From assembly GCA_051294905.1 (NCBI GenBank), contig CM119371.1, forward strand, positions 33,730,001-33,794,000: 64,000 nt of DNA, given 5' to 3'. The DNA comes from Botryllus schlosseri (taxonomy: Eukaryota). Shown piece after piece: positions 24,092 to 37,700 of the stretch. A model generated the notes under the pieces. It searched no databases and was not told the DNA's origin. It saw nothing but the letters and a program-made list of their open reading frames with translations. Position numbers and translations under genes: made by a program. The number at the start of each line of letters is the position of its first letter. Positions within the stretch are counted from its first letter, which is position 1.

Positions 24092-26387
24092 CCGTAAATG
24101 CCGCACCCGAATCCCGCTAATTGAAGGGGGCCCAAAGTCATTGCATGAATGACCATAAAATAAAGCGTACTTTTAAAAAAAAGTTCATCCAACTTATTCA
24201 GTTTTTTGTCGCGCTTTGAGCGATTTAGTGTCACTAAATGCATTAATTTCTGGGTGCCCTTCCCCCACGAAATACGCATGATTTATAGTAATATACATCT
24301 CGACATCAGTCACTACCACGCAACGACGCACCAACACATGATGAAGTTATAGGCTGACACGGGACTCCAAAATGTGTGTCGAAAATTTAGCAGCGAGAGC
24401 ACCTTAGCCGAAAAGGACACGGCCCTGACCGAAAACGTCGATATATTTATACGTCAATTTGTCTATAGGTGCCTTAATGGCTGGCGCCGAATTCCACTGT
24501 CCATACAATCTGTACACCATATGACAAATGCTATCCCACAGTGAATAGTTCTTTTTCCATTGCAGATATATAAATTTGGAATCGTGTGCGGAGTCTGAGC
24601 TGGAAGGAGGCCCAAAATTATTTCGTGAATGAACATAATTTATTGAGTATTTTTTTCTCAAACTTAATCCAAATCTTTTTAACCTTTTAGCATCAGTAAA
24701 TGTCTTGATTATTGGGTGCCATTCACCCAAGAAATACGCATGATTTGAAGAAATAGGCATTTCGCCTACAGCTATGACCAAACCACGACGCACCAACACA
24801 TAACCAAAGTTTTGACCAACATGGCACTCCAAAAAGTCTACCAAAAATTCAGCAGCAAGAAAACCGTTGCCGAAAAAAAACTGCGCTTTGTTGACTGAAA
24901 ATTTCGATATATTTATATAGGTGCCGAAATGTTTGGCGCCGAATCTGTACCCCAAAGGACGAATGCCCTACCACCGAGAAAAAGTATTTGCCATTACAGA
25001 AACACCAATTTGAAATCGTGTACGTTTTTTTAGTTTAGTGCGTTTGGGCGATTTAAATATCTGTGAACTATTTAACAGACAGTAGGTCACGAAGCAATGA
25101 CATGCGACGAAGCAATTATTCTAACAGGCCAGCCCGAATTATTTATTACGTGCCCTAAATTGTGCAAGACGACAACTTACATAGCTCTACCAAAAATCTG
25201 ATAATTCTGAGAGGATATAAAATTTATAACAATATATATGCAATTACCAATATTATTGACCGATTCAGTCGTGAATTATAAAAAATATTCGCGCTTCGCG
25301 CGGCTAGGTTGCATATGATAAGCTCTCTGCCTACACTGAGTAGAATGAACGTTCGCACAAGTATTGGTTAAAACGACCATTCAACTGTGGGGGAACAAGA
25401 CCAACGTTTTCAGGCGGGTGGGCTGACGGAGTGTTTTTCGGCTCTGATTTTGTGGATGACTGACCAGGTAGGCCTATAGCTGTTGTCAGGTGTTTTCGTG
25501 CGGTGCGGTAGGTCTCGCACTCAGAACCCATTCGTGTTGCAGCTGTGGAATGTAGGCCTACCACTACCCTATCTCTCTGATTTTGCCATAATTACTGGAA
25601 ATATTGTAATGTTGACTAAAAAAAAAGGTCCTCACTCTCCCGAATTATCCTGTATTTACCTATGGTTCGGCAGTGTTGAACGAAAAGTCATTTTTAAGAT
25701 TTGACTCCCGCATACTCCGTCGTTCATCTTTTAGGTCAACATTGAACGTCTTTCGTGGTCTTCCTGGGCATTTCCGGCTTAAAATGAGTATAAATTGTCA
25801 CAAAGGAGGACATTTGGGCCAAGGGAGTACATTTTTCCAAAAATGACGACAAATCGGACTTATGGTAGCTTAACCCCTACTCGAAGGCACCGCAGCGGCC
25901 GCCAGGATAGAAATTGAGGATGGGCGAAATGTATTAAATAATGGCATGACGTCACCAATATACATTGTGACTTAGTGAATTTCATCACACTGCCCAAGAG
26001 GGCATTAGTCTGTAATCTGCGCTCTTGTAATTAGCTGCCTTGAAATGTCTAATTAATACCCTCATACCGTCCATACCGACATTCTAATCTATATAAGATA
26101 TGTATTACCCACTCTATGAATGATTATTACGCACGTTGACATTTCCGTGTGATATTTGCTGCTTCTTTTCTACTCAGTCATACTATAGATAACTAACCTA
26201 CGGATAGATGGGCAACACGTGATTCACGGTCGAGAGACCGGATGCTCGTCAGATTTGTTGTCGCTTCATAGCATGAAGCGGCAGGTTGTTGGCCAGATTG
26301 ACTGTTAAAAATGCAAGTATGTTTGGTGCAGATAGGATATAGGGCAATCAGAACAGGTTATTGATACAGTACATAACCACTGGCGCG

Positions 26388-26961
26388 CAGGGTTGTAACC
26401 AAGTCACAAGGCTCCGAGTCACAAGTCAATCTGATTTTTATAGTTTTGACTCGAGTCAAGTCGAGTCATTTCAATTCACCACCGAGCCATGTCCGAGTCC
26501 AAGTCAGCGAGCAGAGGGTCGAGTCCGAGTCATGGAATTATGACTCGAGTCCGAGTCCAAGTCATTGTATAGACTGCTCAGTTTCCAGTTAAAGTCTTGG
26601 TAAACCCACTTTTATTAACTCTGTTTTGTGATATCGAATGTTTTGCATTTATAATATACCAATTTTCCTCACTTTTAGTAGTTTCTGGTCCCATATTCAA
26701 GTGCCAGTACCAACAGACGTAATCCCAATAGTGTGTTGGCTTCGGAATTACAATGAAATGTCGGTCTTGGCCGTCTGAGTGTCGAGTCAATGACTTGGTT
26801 CGAGTCATGCGCAATGACTCGAGTCCAAGTCGAGTCAATACACATATTCACTCGAGTCGAGTCGAGTCATTTCCGTATTTTGAAAAAATGACTCGAGTCA
26901 AGTCGAGTCATCAGAAAATCGTGACTCGAGTCGAGTCATGACTCGAGTCATTACAACCCTG
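26388..26961. mobile_element. CAGGGTTGTAA MITE, copy 2, inserted in the left P-like TIR
   Basis: Perfect TSD CTGGCGCG; the site is empty in the right TIR. Confidence 0.9.
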
Positions 26962-27529
26962 CTGGCGCGGCTATCATTGCATTAATATCAGGAGGATATT
27001 TCATGAGCAAAAGAAGTCATGATATTCACTCTATTATTAATTGGTTTCAATATTGACTTCGGCTCAGTCAGTGACTCGGCTCAGGCCTTCCATCGTGGGT
27101 TTGGCCATCATTCGTTTTGGCTCACCACGACTTTCAGCATATTTCTAAAAAATACATGATAACCCGAAAATACCTTGAATAATAACTATGAGGAACTGAC
27201 CTTCCAACTCAATAATCGATCCGCAAATTCACTCAGCCATGCAATTCTTTCATCGTCCAGGCTGCATATCGGATAACTAATGCGGCATGTGACGATATTG
27301 AACCATCTGTTTTAGGTCATAAAATCAAGCCCCTTGTTATATAAGTGAAAATTAGTTACTCATACCTTTCCATCATCAGAACAAAATCAGATGTACCGGT
27401 TGCTCCCATCCCTTTCAAACAATTTCCAACTTTGTGACTCAATACACCCGTAGCCAAACTGACATTCATCTGGCATGAAAAATGGTCACATCTCAGCCCA
27501 GTGAATGATTGCAAGCGCATCATCTAGAC

Positions 27530-27842
27530 CAGTGCTTCTCAACCTTTTTCAGTTCGCGTCCCATTTTCCATCCAAATTTCATTGCGTGGCCCACCAGACA
27601 CCCTTTCGCGGCAAAACGTTCAAACCACTACAGACAATAAAGCGAATAGCTGCGGGACTCATGCACTTTCGGACCAAAAACACATTTTTTCCGTAAGGCT
27701 TTAGTGAGTTTAGTCCGAAATTGCATGAGCCCCGCAGGTCCGTCAATTACAGAGAACAGATCTAAAAATTGGAATCTATCATCGTTTCTTAAAATGTCTT
27801 CGCGGCCCAAGTTGGCCGCAGCCCACCGGTTGAAAAGCACTG
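27530..27842. mobile_element. hAT MITE
   Basis: CAGTGCTTCTCAACC TIR; perfect TSD ATCTAGAC; another hAT end (CAGGGGTGTCAAAC) starts right after the TSD at 27851. Confidence 0.85.
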
Positions 27843-28080
27843 ATCTAGACCAGGGGTGTCAAACATATTTTTTGCCTACTTTAGATCGTGGATTTAAATT
27901 AACATGGGCCAATGTCAATCCGGACTAGTAAAGTGCCAGGCTGCGCGATTCCACGTCAAACAGTTTTGGGATATCCGTCCATTATATATCTTGCCCTCTA
28001 CCATTCATGTTCATGTATCGAGATCCCTCTGTTTTCGATGAATAGAGAGAGTTCCGTGTGGTCTGTTAGGATATAAGAAT

Positions 28081-28329
28081 ATCGTCGCAGTGGAATCAAA
28101 GTGACTTATGCCCATTTTACACATTTTGAGAAAATTGAATTTGCGTGCAGTTCTCAGCATCTTTCAGCCATATATTGGCCCTGATTAACTTTGAATTAAT
28201 GAAACTCACATAACCATGGCCAAGCAATGGCCGAAAAAGTTTCAAAAACTTGAATTTTTTCAAGTTTTAAAAATGGACCTTCAAAATTTGAAAACTGGAC
28301 ATAAGTCACTTTGATTCCACTGCGACGAT
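28081..28329. mobile_element. ~250-bp MITE, superfamily unassigned
   Basis: 30-bp perfect TIR ATCGTCGCAGTGGAATCAAAGTGACTTATG. Confidence 0.75.
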
Positions 28330-29829
28330 CATATCGGGTACGGTAATGCTCACCGTACTACAATAATATGATCTAAAATTATCAGGTAAAGCTACCTTGA
28401 GGAGATGCTGAGGATCGGAGCACCATGATCAGTAAATATCCAAGCCTCTAAAAATAATCCTGAACTGCCTACTGCGAATAGGGCTTAGCATTAGTTGAAG
28501 ACTTATTTACGGAATAACTGTTACCTTGAACATTTTTAGGAAGGTCATTAATAGCATCTCGAAGTGCTTTGAGTGAAGAGTGAACTTGTCTGCGAGGTGA
28601 TAGATGCCTGCGGTTTGTGGGAGGTTTCCTGACTGAAGACTTTGCACTATGGGATTTTTGTGGCAAATTCAAGGTTGGCAAGGCTCCGCAACGAAGAGAT
28701 CGTTTTCCACCAGCAGATATGATTATGGCGTCCTTTTCAAAATGGTGATCACAGATGGCTGCACTGGAATATGAAACAGTATTACTCTCGCATTATTTTC
28801 ACAATAATTCAAGCAGAATAATAAATATCCAGAAATGATCGGACTGAACGAGATATTGTAGTATTGACATACTGGAAACTGAAAATAAAAACAACTTGCA
28901 GCAGTGGAAGCGAAATATAGAATATGGTAACATAGAGGATAACATGTAGGCTACTTCCAATTATAAAGGTAGAGATAGTAATTATTATGAGACACAGCTG
29001 ATACTTACAAGAAACAAGTCGAACTTACGTTTCTTTATGCAGTAGATGTTGGAAATTATCACCTTTGGACGGATCCCGCCAATGCAATATGAATCGGGTT
29101 AAAGCACGTCTGTGCCTCCGCTCTTCATCAGACCTTGCCAAATCTGGCCTATATATTGTGAAGACGGAGCGTTTTTCCTTAGATTTCCGCTGCCAGTGAC
29201 ATCCTGGTATTGCGCAGGTGTTTGCCATACTAAGCGTTCAAGACTCAATAATTAACAAAATGCTCATTATACCAATCTGAAATTAGTCAAGTTCTCCAGG
29301 TCAAATCCAAAATACCTGAATAGTGCATTAAGTCACAAATTGAAGGGTGGTGCAAAATCTATCGAAATACTGGTATGGTTGCTGCATCACAGCACAGCAC
29401 AGTGCGCAGAAGCTTGTTGACTGACAGCTGACTACGAAGTGAAATTAATCCGGTTGTCGGCCTGGAGGGCACTCATTTGAGTACAGGCACCCTGAAAAAA
29501 TCTTCTTTTACTACTCGATTCAGATTCGAGAATCATTGTGCCTAGCCCTATGCACACATGATATCCTCAGTCAGTAATTCGAAATATAAATATTCCATAT
29601 TAATTATGCCTGGATTATGAAAACATATTCTCTTTATTTAGCAATACATACTAAAAACCTATCTCTTATTATTAGGGCGTTTTTTTACCACATAATGTTA
29701 AAATTGTAGCCAACTTCTTATCTTCATTTCTGCAACAGGGGTTAAACCCGCTCAGAGGGTGAACGTGAACTATTGAACGCTGTATATCAGGGGTCACCAA
29801 CCTTTTTGCAACCAAGGGCTACTTTTGGG

Positions 29830-32141
29830 CAGGGCATGGTATGGTATGGTATGGAAGTATGGTATGGTATGGATCGATATTTTGGTATGGAATATGGAAC
29901 AATGCAAGTATGGTAGGGAATGGAAGATTTTAATCTATGGTATGGAAAGACATTTCCATACTTCCATACTTTGGTGTTTTATACATCTTATCGTGATTTG
30001 TGCAAGCTTCATGAAGCGTACGTTGATCGCTGTTCACGGAATACGATCGCTTTTGTTATGTGTGAACGTGAACTATTGAACGCTGTGTAGATACAAATAC
30101 ACGCTTGTTCAACGGTTTAGGAGCACTTGGAATGACATGATTTTGTGATGTAATAATGACAACAGTAATGTTGATCCGATATTCTATTGAGTCTGGACTA
30201 GAGGTCGACCGATTATCGACAAGGCCGATTATCGAGGCAGATATTTAGAGCTTACCCGATTATCGATATCGGCATATGAGTGCCGATGTCTCGGCAGATA
30301 TTTTATATTTAAAAATATTTCAAAAATATTGGAAATTCAATGCTCCGTGTTCTGAATCTCAAGAAATCGACGACGCAAAGGGCGATATATGACAGATTTA
30401 CCCTTGCACGACGAGTTTAAGTAGGTGAGCATGCAGAGAACTTACCTTTTCGGGACTGATCTGCAATTCTGTATCATGTTTGACTTTTTGGGTTATCCCA
30501 AATTTCAACGAATGTGCACAATTAAGAAAAATTATTTTCAATTTCAGTTTTCTAGTTTGTTGTTCAGCATTCTGTGGCATGAACAAGTGCCATCTTGCCT
30601 AACATATAATATTTTTGGTGAAATTGTTCTCTGCTCCTTCCATATTAATATCGGCCTATGATATCGGTTATCGGCCTTGTGAGTGTGTCGAGATATCGGT
30701 ATCGGCCTGTAAAAATCGATATCGGTCGACCTCTAGTCTAGACACGACGCCTCCGAGCATAGGCTATCACGTGACGCAATAATTGGTAATGTAGGCAACT
30801 CCAGCTACCTCATTCCTTGAGTGACGACAGCTTACAAGCAATCATGATACAACGTACTAATTGCTCAATGTGATTGATAATTACATTTCTTCTGAAACAT
30901 TATCCTCACATTTATACTATTTACATACCGAGATATCCTATTGGTCATATTTCAAAATCTCTCGCATTAGGAATATAGATCAGGGAGTGGGGTAGACATA
31001 GTTTGAAATTCTCGCCACGCTAACCCCAACCAAATACTGTACTAATAATCACGCAGATCGCTGCAGTATTGACCGCCTGTAGCTGGGATATTTTATGGGT
31101 GCGCCCATATTATGAATTATTTTGCGAGTATTTACTTCAAACTTGCACGTGTCTTATGCCAATGTACTGGAAATGCGATGGTATTCTTATGGAGCAGGGG
31201 CGGGCAACTTCTCCAGTCGGTGGGCCGGATATAGGAAAATTAAGTACTTGGCGGCCGGATTGCTGAATGGATACATTATTCGCGCACATATACAAAGAAT
31301 AAATCGTATTTAATGAATGTATTTTATCGACATCCGCAATGTGGCTTTAAACCATTTCTCGTCGACAATGACAATACAATGTGGATTTGAGAACAGTATT
31401 GTCATACAGGCGCCGCCATGTCTGCTTTTCTCTGATCAACTAACTCACGGTGCAATTCTTAATTTTGATTTCAAAGCGATTGATGAGCCCGGTATCCAAA
31501 ATTTACCATTCATTAGGGTTGAGTACATCGTAAGTGCCGATAATGCAAGTCTTCTCGCTGCGATGAACTTACGCGTAAGCTCCTCTCTAGCACGTTGCGA
31601 AAAGTGCGCGCACCTATATAATAACATACAATATCTAAAATTTGACGTTTAGGCAAGTAGTGGGGAGTCTCGGCAAACTGGGGCCTCGGGCCACATTATC
31701 ATGTAAGACGGGAAACTGTCCACGGGCCGGAGAAAATCTCGTCGCGGGCCGTATGTTACCAATCCATTTTATGGACGGTCCTAGATAACAATCTGCTGAC
31801 TATATCATTTTACTCATGGAAGCTGTAGAGTAGACGTACACGGCACCTCACCACCGTGAACTAAAGCTCACCAAAACAGACTCTGTAAAACTAGTGCAAG
31901 GAATTAGATTCGCCTCATGGCTAGTTTAGGCAATAATGACATCCGAAATATCAATAATATAGGTGCTAGTGAAGGAACTATACTTATGATATTAAAGTAT
32001 TTGAAAGTATGGAATAAGTATCAAGTATGGTATGGAACAATGTTGGTATGGTATGGAAAATTGCAAGTATGGCATGGAGAGAGTACGGCAAGTATGGAGT
32101 ATGGAAAATTCTCGTTCCATACCATACCATACCATGCCCTG
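29830..32141 (+). mobile_element. Full copy of the CAGGGCATGGTATGG family (hAT-like, GTATG-rich ends)
   Basis: TIR CAGGGCATGGTATGGTATGGTATGGAA; perfect TSD CTTTTGGG. Confidence 0.9.
30199..30735. mobile_element. TAGAGGTCGACCGAT MITE, copy 2
   Basis: TIRs; TSD GTCTGGAC/GTCTAGAC; site empty in the paralogous copy (~33525). Confidence 0.9.
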
Positions 32142-33559
32142 CTTTTGGGTACTGATTGATGCGACGGCTACCATTTACTCCCGCTGTTTACCCGTATCAG
32201 ACGGAATTTCCGCTTTGATATTCATAGAATTGGGCATGGGCAGGTATCGCGTAGCAGTAACACTTCTACGAGATTCATTTGATTCAAAACATCTCATTTC
32301 AACCAGCTAGCCACGAAGACTTTTTAAGAAATCACGAATTACTTCGCACCGTGTTTATATAAATTATTATATAACAACTGTAAGCTCAGATTTTAAAATA
32401 AATCACGCCACACGTTAGACTGGACATCGTGTTATTTGTTTCTATACCGGTCAGTGGGAGGTATGGCATTGCATGCTATCAACCAGTGCGCTGTACTCTG
32501 GTATGCAACTTGCACTGCAACTCTGAGTGAGTGTTGCAAAGGCTGATACACAACGATAAGTTGAACCAAACACGCTAGCAACCTTCATAGCTGCTGCACA
32601 AGTGCGCATTCACCACTGTACTTTTCCGTGTCAACAAGGCACCAAAAGTTTGCTGCAGCCTTGTGGGCTTTGAGGTGGAGGTGATCTCGCAATGATACAA
32701 TTTCAATCTCTGACTGTTCAGCATCCAAGCATGACAGATTTCATTATACCTGACAGCAGCATCGATTACACAAAGTTAGAAACATGGTACTATAAACTTC
32801 GTTCAGTGTAAGAGAGACAAGCTGTGTCAAAAGATGCAATACGTAATGTTCATACTGCATCTGCTAGTACGTCAGCGCTATCTGCTACCGGATAGTAATG
32901 TTGTTTACTACTTTGGCCTTGTCCGGGACGTCGAGCTACCATAACTGAGCCCCCATAATTTCAAGAAGACCGTGGATGGCATGCCGTCATATCGCCTGTA
33001 TGGGCAGTACGCCGTATTCTACGTCTTCGATCTCTTGTTATTCTATTACATGTTATTGAATAGTAACCTATATTCATATTCATACTATTCAATTGTATAT
33101 TGAAGTTCTGTACCTCCAAGAAGCTCTTCAAATATTACATGTTGGTATATTATTAATTTTAATTGGGGATATTTGATATCATCATTTCAAGTGTTTATAT
33201 ATATATGTATTGTCATTTCTAAGTCACATGTTATACTTTGATTTAAACAAGAATAGGTAAATCACTCAATTTATATATTTAAAAGGTCACTAGTGATAAT
33301 CTGACGAATATTGGCAAATGCTGCTATTCGATCTATTTTTGGAACAGGCTCGCGGGCCACTCATCTGGTCTTCGCGGGCTACCTGGTGCCCGCGGGCACC
33401 AGGTTGGTGACCCCTGCTGTATATGATCAAATACACGCTTGTGCAACGGTTTTTGGAGCACTTGAAATTGCATGATTTTCTGATGTCATAATGACAACAG
33501 TAATGTTGGTCCCATATTCTATTCAGTCTAGACATGACGTCTCCGAGCATAGTCTATCA

Positions 33560-34709
33560 CAGGGGTGGGCAAACTTTTGAGTTCGCGGGCCGCATTCAAC
33601 ATCTGGATCTATTTGCGGGCCGCACTATATAAAATTGGGATTATAAACCAAAACGCAGTATTGGTATTTGATTATATAGTGATGACATGGAGATAATATA
33701 TATGCTTAATAAAACAAACCAAACATTGTTCGACACGCGTCAGAAACAGTGACGAGATTTCATAGGCTGGTCGACCTATTAATAACCAATTTGTCAAAAC
33801 TATAGAGATGAAAGTCGGTTGTCCCGATTCTTAGAACAGGATTGAAATTTAAATCTGTGAGCAGCGATCTGCTCATAGATTTACCAATTTCACAAATGGT
33901 CCAGTTCCAGGACACACAATGCTGACAGCACCATAACCATGTTAGTTTCAAGCAAGCTTCCACTATGTGTAGATAAAATATAAATACCCAATTCCACGCA
34001 TCAGAGAACGAATCTACCTAAGACACGCGCGAATCGTTTTTTATAAGTCTATCACTGAAATGACTAAAACTAAAGTGGCCAATCTGAAATCACACTCATG
34101 ATCCGAATCATGTCAATCTCGTTTAGAATATCTGTGATGTTTAGCAGTTGAAACCTTTCAAACTGCGTGGGCCTTGAGATCGGGCTCTCACGCCAGAAAT
34201 TAAACATAAAAAATATTATAGGAAGTATTTACCTTAGAACAGTGATTCTCAAACTTCTTAAGATACGCCCCCCCCCCCTTATGATGGTCAAATATTTTGC
34301 GTCCCCCGTATCGTCATATCACTAAACGCAACCAGGATGCTAGCCAATCTAACGGGTAGTTTGATGGCATGGAAGGCTACGACTGTGGATGAGAGATTTT
34401 TAAATATGAAATTCAGACTTAAATACAGAGCATATAATTATGAATGACATATGTAAATCGCGCGAACCGCGAAAACTTTTTTCAGTTGAGCTCAACTTCG
34501 CGCCCCCCTCCAGATGCTTTCACGCCTCCAGTTTGAGAACCACTGCCTTAAATCATGGTGAAATATACTACGAAAAATCCCTGCATTAATTCGATTTTTA
34601 GTACGCGTTTTATCAATATTTTTACTAAGTTTCTTTACACGCTCGCGGGCCGCACAAAATGGTGTTGCGGGCCGCATGCGGCCCGCGGGCCGTAGTTTGC
34701 CCACCCCTG
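33560..34709. mobile_element. hAT element with a smaller hAT MITE (34240-34545) inside
   Basis: TIR CAGGGGTGGGCAAAC; perfect TSD GTCTATCA; inner MITE TSD CCTTAGAA/CCTTAAAT; related to ~4020-4343. Confidence 0.85.
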
Positions 34710-34745
34710 GTCTATCATGTGTCTATCATGCGGTAATGTTGGCTA

Positions 34746-37700
34746 CACTGTTAGAAAAATTAGTAAATTTACACCTATTAATTAGTAAACCAAATACGAA
34801 TTGCTGTAGTAACATAATTTACTATCGTTTTTAGTAAACCCGTCAATTATTACTATGATACGGATTATTGGTACTGTGTATCGATGCTCCTGAATTACTA
34901 AATATTGAACATTTTCAGACCATGAGATTTGCGAACCACGAAATTTGCGTATTTACTATTTAGTCTTCAAAAATAAAGCGTAAAAGGAGATCTGAGGTAT
35001 ACATAGGCCAAGCCTCACCTGTGATGATACCGTAATTCATCATCAACGACTCAGAATTTATAATAATTGTTATTATTCGAATGCTATTGTCACACCGAAT
35101 TTGAAAACCCAATTAATATCGTCAGAGCATCAGAACTCAGAATCGCGCCAAATCACCCAGGAATGAAATTCTGCATAGTTACGTAACAATCCAAGAATTT
35201 GTGTTCACCAGGTCGTGACAAATTACTGATTCACGTGCTAGGATGTAGGTGTTGCGGTCGCATGTCAGGCGAAATATCGGATTTAGGAGGAAGCTGTGTT
35301 GGTGTCTAAGATAAAGAAATGGCAGTAGATTTGAAATGCCGGGTGGTCATCTGCAGTATGGAACTTTCTTCAACATCAGATATCTTTTGTCACCTGAAAA
35401 GCCATATTGGAAGCGGATTATTCGTCAAGTGTCCTTATCTGCACTGTTCCAAGAGGTATGACGTGTATCGTCATTTTCCAGTCATGTTAGCCGATATCAT
35501 ACCGTTTCGGATCAGACCAATGTGATTCAGCCAACTAACCATAATTCTGCTAGTACAAGCCCGAGCTCAATCGCCCAGGATCTGTTGCCTGCTGCCGATG
35601 TAACGAGCGACAACGCTCAGGAAGAGGAATTTAGGAATGATAACCCGAGCATCATGTTTGCAATGAGGATGGAGTACAAAAACCTCATTCCTTCAACTAC
35701 AGTGCAAGAGATCATGGCTGAGCTGCGTAAGCTATTAGCTTCCCATTGTAACGAGATTGTAAAACAGGTTAAAGCCTCAATCATGGAGCAAGAAAATACT
35801 GAACTTACCAGTACATCTCATACTGAGCGCTGACCAGAAATGTCTTATCGAAGAAAGCAGAAAGGCAGTTCCAGACAGAGAGGAAGTGAGAATGCTAATG
35901 TAAACTACATACCGACTCCATTCCAAAGAAAGGCAATCAATCAACCTGCTGCAGTATCAACAATCCGAGAAATGTGGCCCTTTCTCTTTGAAGTTGAGTT
36001 CATGTTCCAACATTATGGTATTCTCACTGGGACAGGAAATTCCAAGCAATTCCTTATTCGCAAGATGGACAATAACTGGCCTCGCATTCAAAAGTAAGCA
36101 AGATTTTTTTGTAATCTCATAAATAGGCTACACACTATAGGGCTGTTCAAAATATGAAATTCCTTCAGATTTCACTGGCAACTTGATAAAATTGTTGGGT
36201 TGGTTAAAAAAATGCTTCACACCATTTTTGGCTCAATTCTAACCGGTAGAAGCGTGATTCTTGTAGCCTAGTAGAAAGTTTTGAAATTATCATTAAAAAA
36301 TGGAAATTTCAAAATTTTTCTGTTTTCCCTCATAAAATTCTTAGGCTGTCAGTAGAGATGATGCATACTAAATTTGGCTCAATTCCAACCACTAGAAGCG
36401 AAGTTACTGCAGTAGAAAAATTTTTAATTCCATGATTTTATAACAAATAATTGAAGAGTTGGTCACCGTAAATACTTTTTTTTCTACTGCAATAACTTCG
36501 CTTCTATACACACTGTACTAGCATATTTCAAAGACAATTATATCAACGAGATACCGGTTATCTTTGCTCTCTTTTTAAATAAATGCTAATTGTACTCTTC
36601 ACAGGACATTAAAAAATATGACGGCGCAGAAAGTACAGAAAACACTGTCAAGACTTTCAACTATATGGGAGATAACGAAATCAGAATCATATGCTTCCTC
36701 TCTTGGCATCCTCGAGCTGATCTGTGCGTTCTTTGACGAACCAGCCTCTCAATTGTTCAAAAGAATGGTTAGTATTATATTAGCCCCAAAACCTATTTCT
36801 TGAATGTTTCCAATGTAGTTCTGTTCTATTGTTGGTAATAACTTTGTTTAATAATTTTGTTGTTGCCTGTCCTCTGGTAAAAGATTTTCACTACTCAAAA
36901 ATGATATTGGAATCATTGCTCACACATGCATATCTGTTTTCAGGAATTGCTCAAGATTTAATGGCAGATGCGCCGAACCACCCATTCTTGATTACAATCG
37001 GTAAGTATGTACATAAAGTATGGGTCACGTTCACACTGATGACTAACTGACTGTTACTGAATTTATTGCAAGTATAAAGTCATCGTGCGAATCTCATGGA
37101 CTTAGGTCGGGCATAATGATTTGAGCCTCAAATTGAATCAAGTATTAAATCATTTCATGTTGAAACCGCTTTGTAGTGTAAAAATGATTGCCCACCCCTG
37201 CTATTGTCAGTAAGTGACATGCACAGAATAGCGGCATAAGTCTCGATTATGAAAAATGTGTCCGGTTTTGTATTGCACAAGTCGGTTTGATATGAATGTA
37301 AAAATCGTCTGATTTTTGGTTTCTCTGGAAATTTGTTACCTCCGTGAGTGTGCTTGGTGAGCGTGGTGTAGAGATAGGGAGTGCGAGCAAGTTGGTACCA
37401 CTGATAAGACAGTCACAGGTACTCACTATCTTGTCAATAGTTATGCCGTAGTTGTGAAAATGAAATACTTCCCATAACTACTTTACAAAATCTGAACGCT
37501 TGAAAGTCAGTAGTTCTGCCCATCACTGTTTCGTACAAGTGGAAGTAGTCAAATGCCACAACCACTAGAATATAAGTAGCTCAAGTAGGCAACATTGGCA
37601 AACCTACTTGAGTATGCCAAAATAATAGATATAGATATACTTGATTACTGACCAGCGCCTCTGGTTGTCGGCACAGTCTCTATTTCATAACCTAGCCAAT

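Larger units (their letters stand above)
27075..29228 (-). pseudogene. Spliced THAP9/P-element-like transposase remnant
   Basis: Exon 29228-29029 (MANTCAIPGC...) splices GT-AG in frame to 28763-28525 (AAICDHHF...GALPTLNLP), completing a THAP C2CH motif plus AVPT-like box. Downstream exons read QMNVSLATGVLSHKVGNCL..GTSDFVLMMER / WFNIV..DDERIAWLSEFADRLLSWK / MMAKPTMEGL, resembling P transposase. The region between these blocks and the C-terminus are missing. Confidence 0.75.
29788..33416. mobile_element. hAT non-autonomous element
   Basis: TIR CAGGGGTCACCAACCT; perfect TSD CTGTATAT. Confidence 0.9.
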
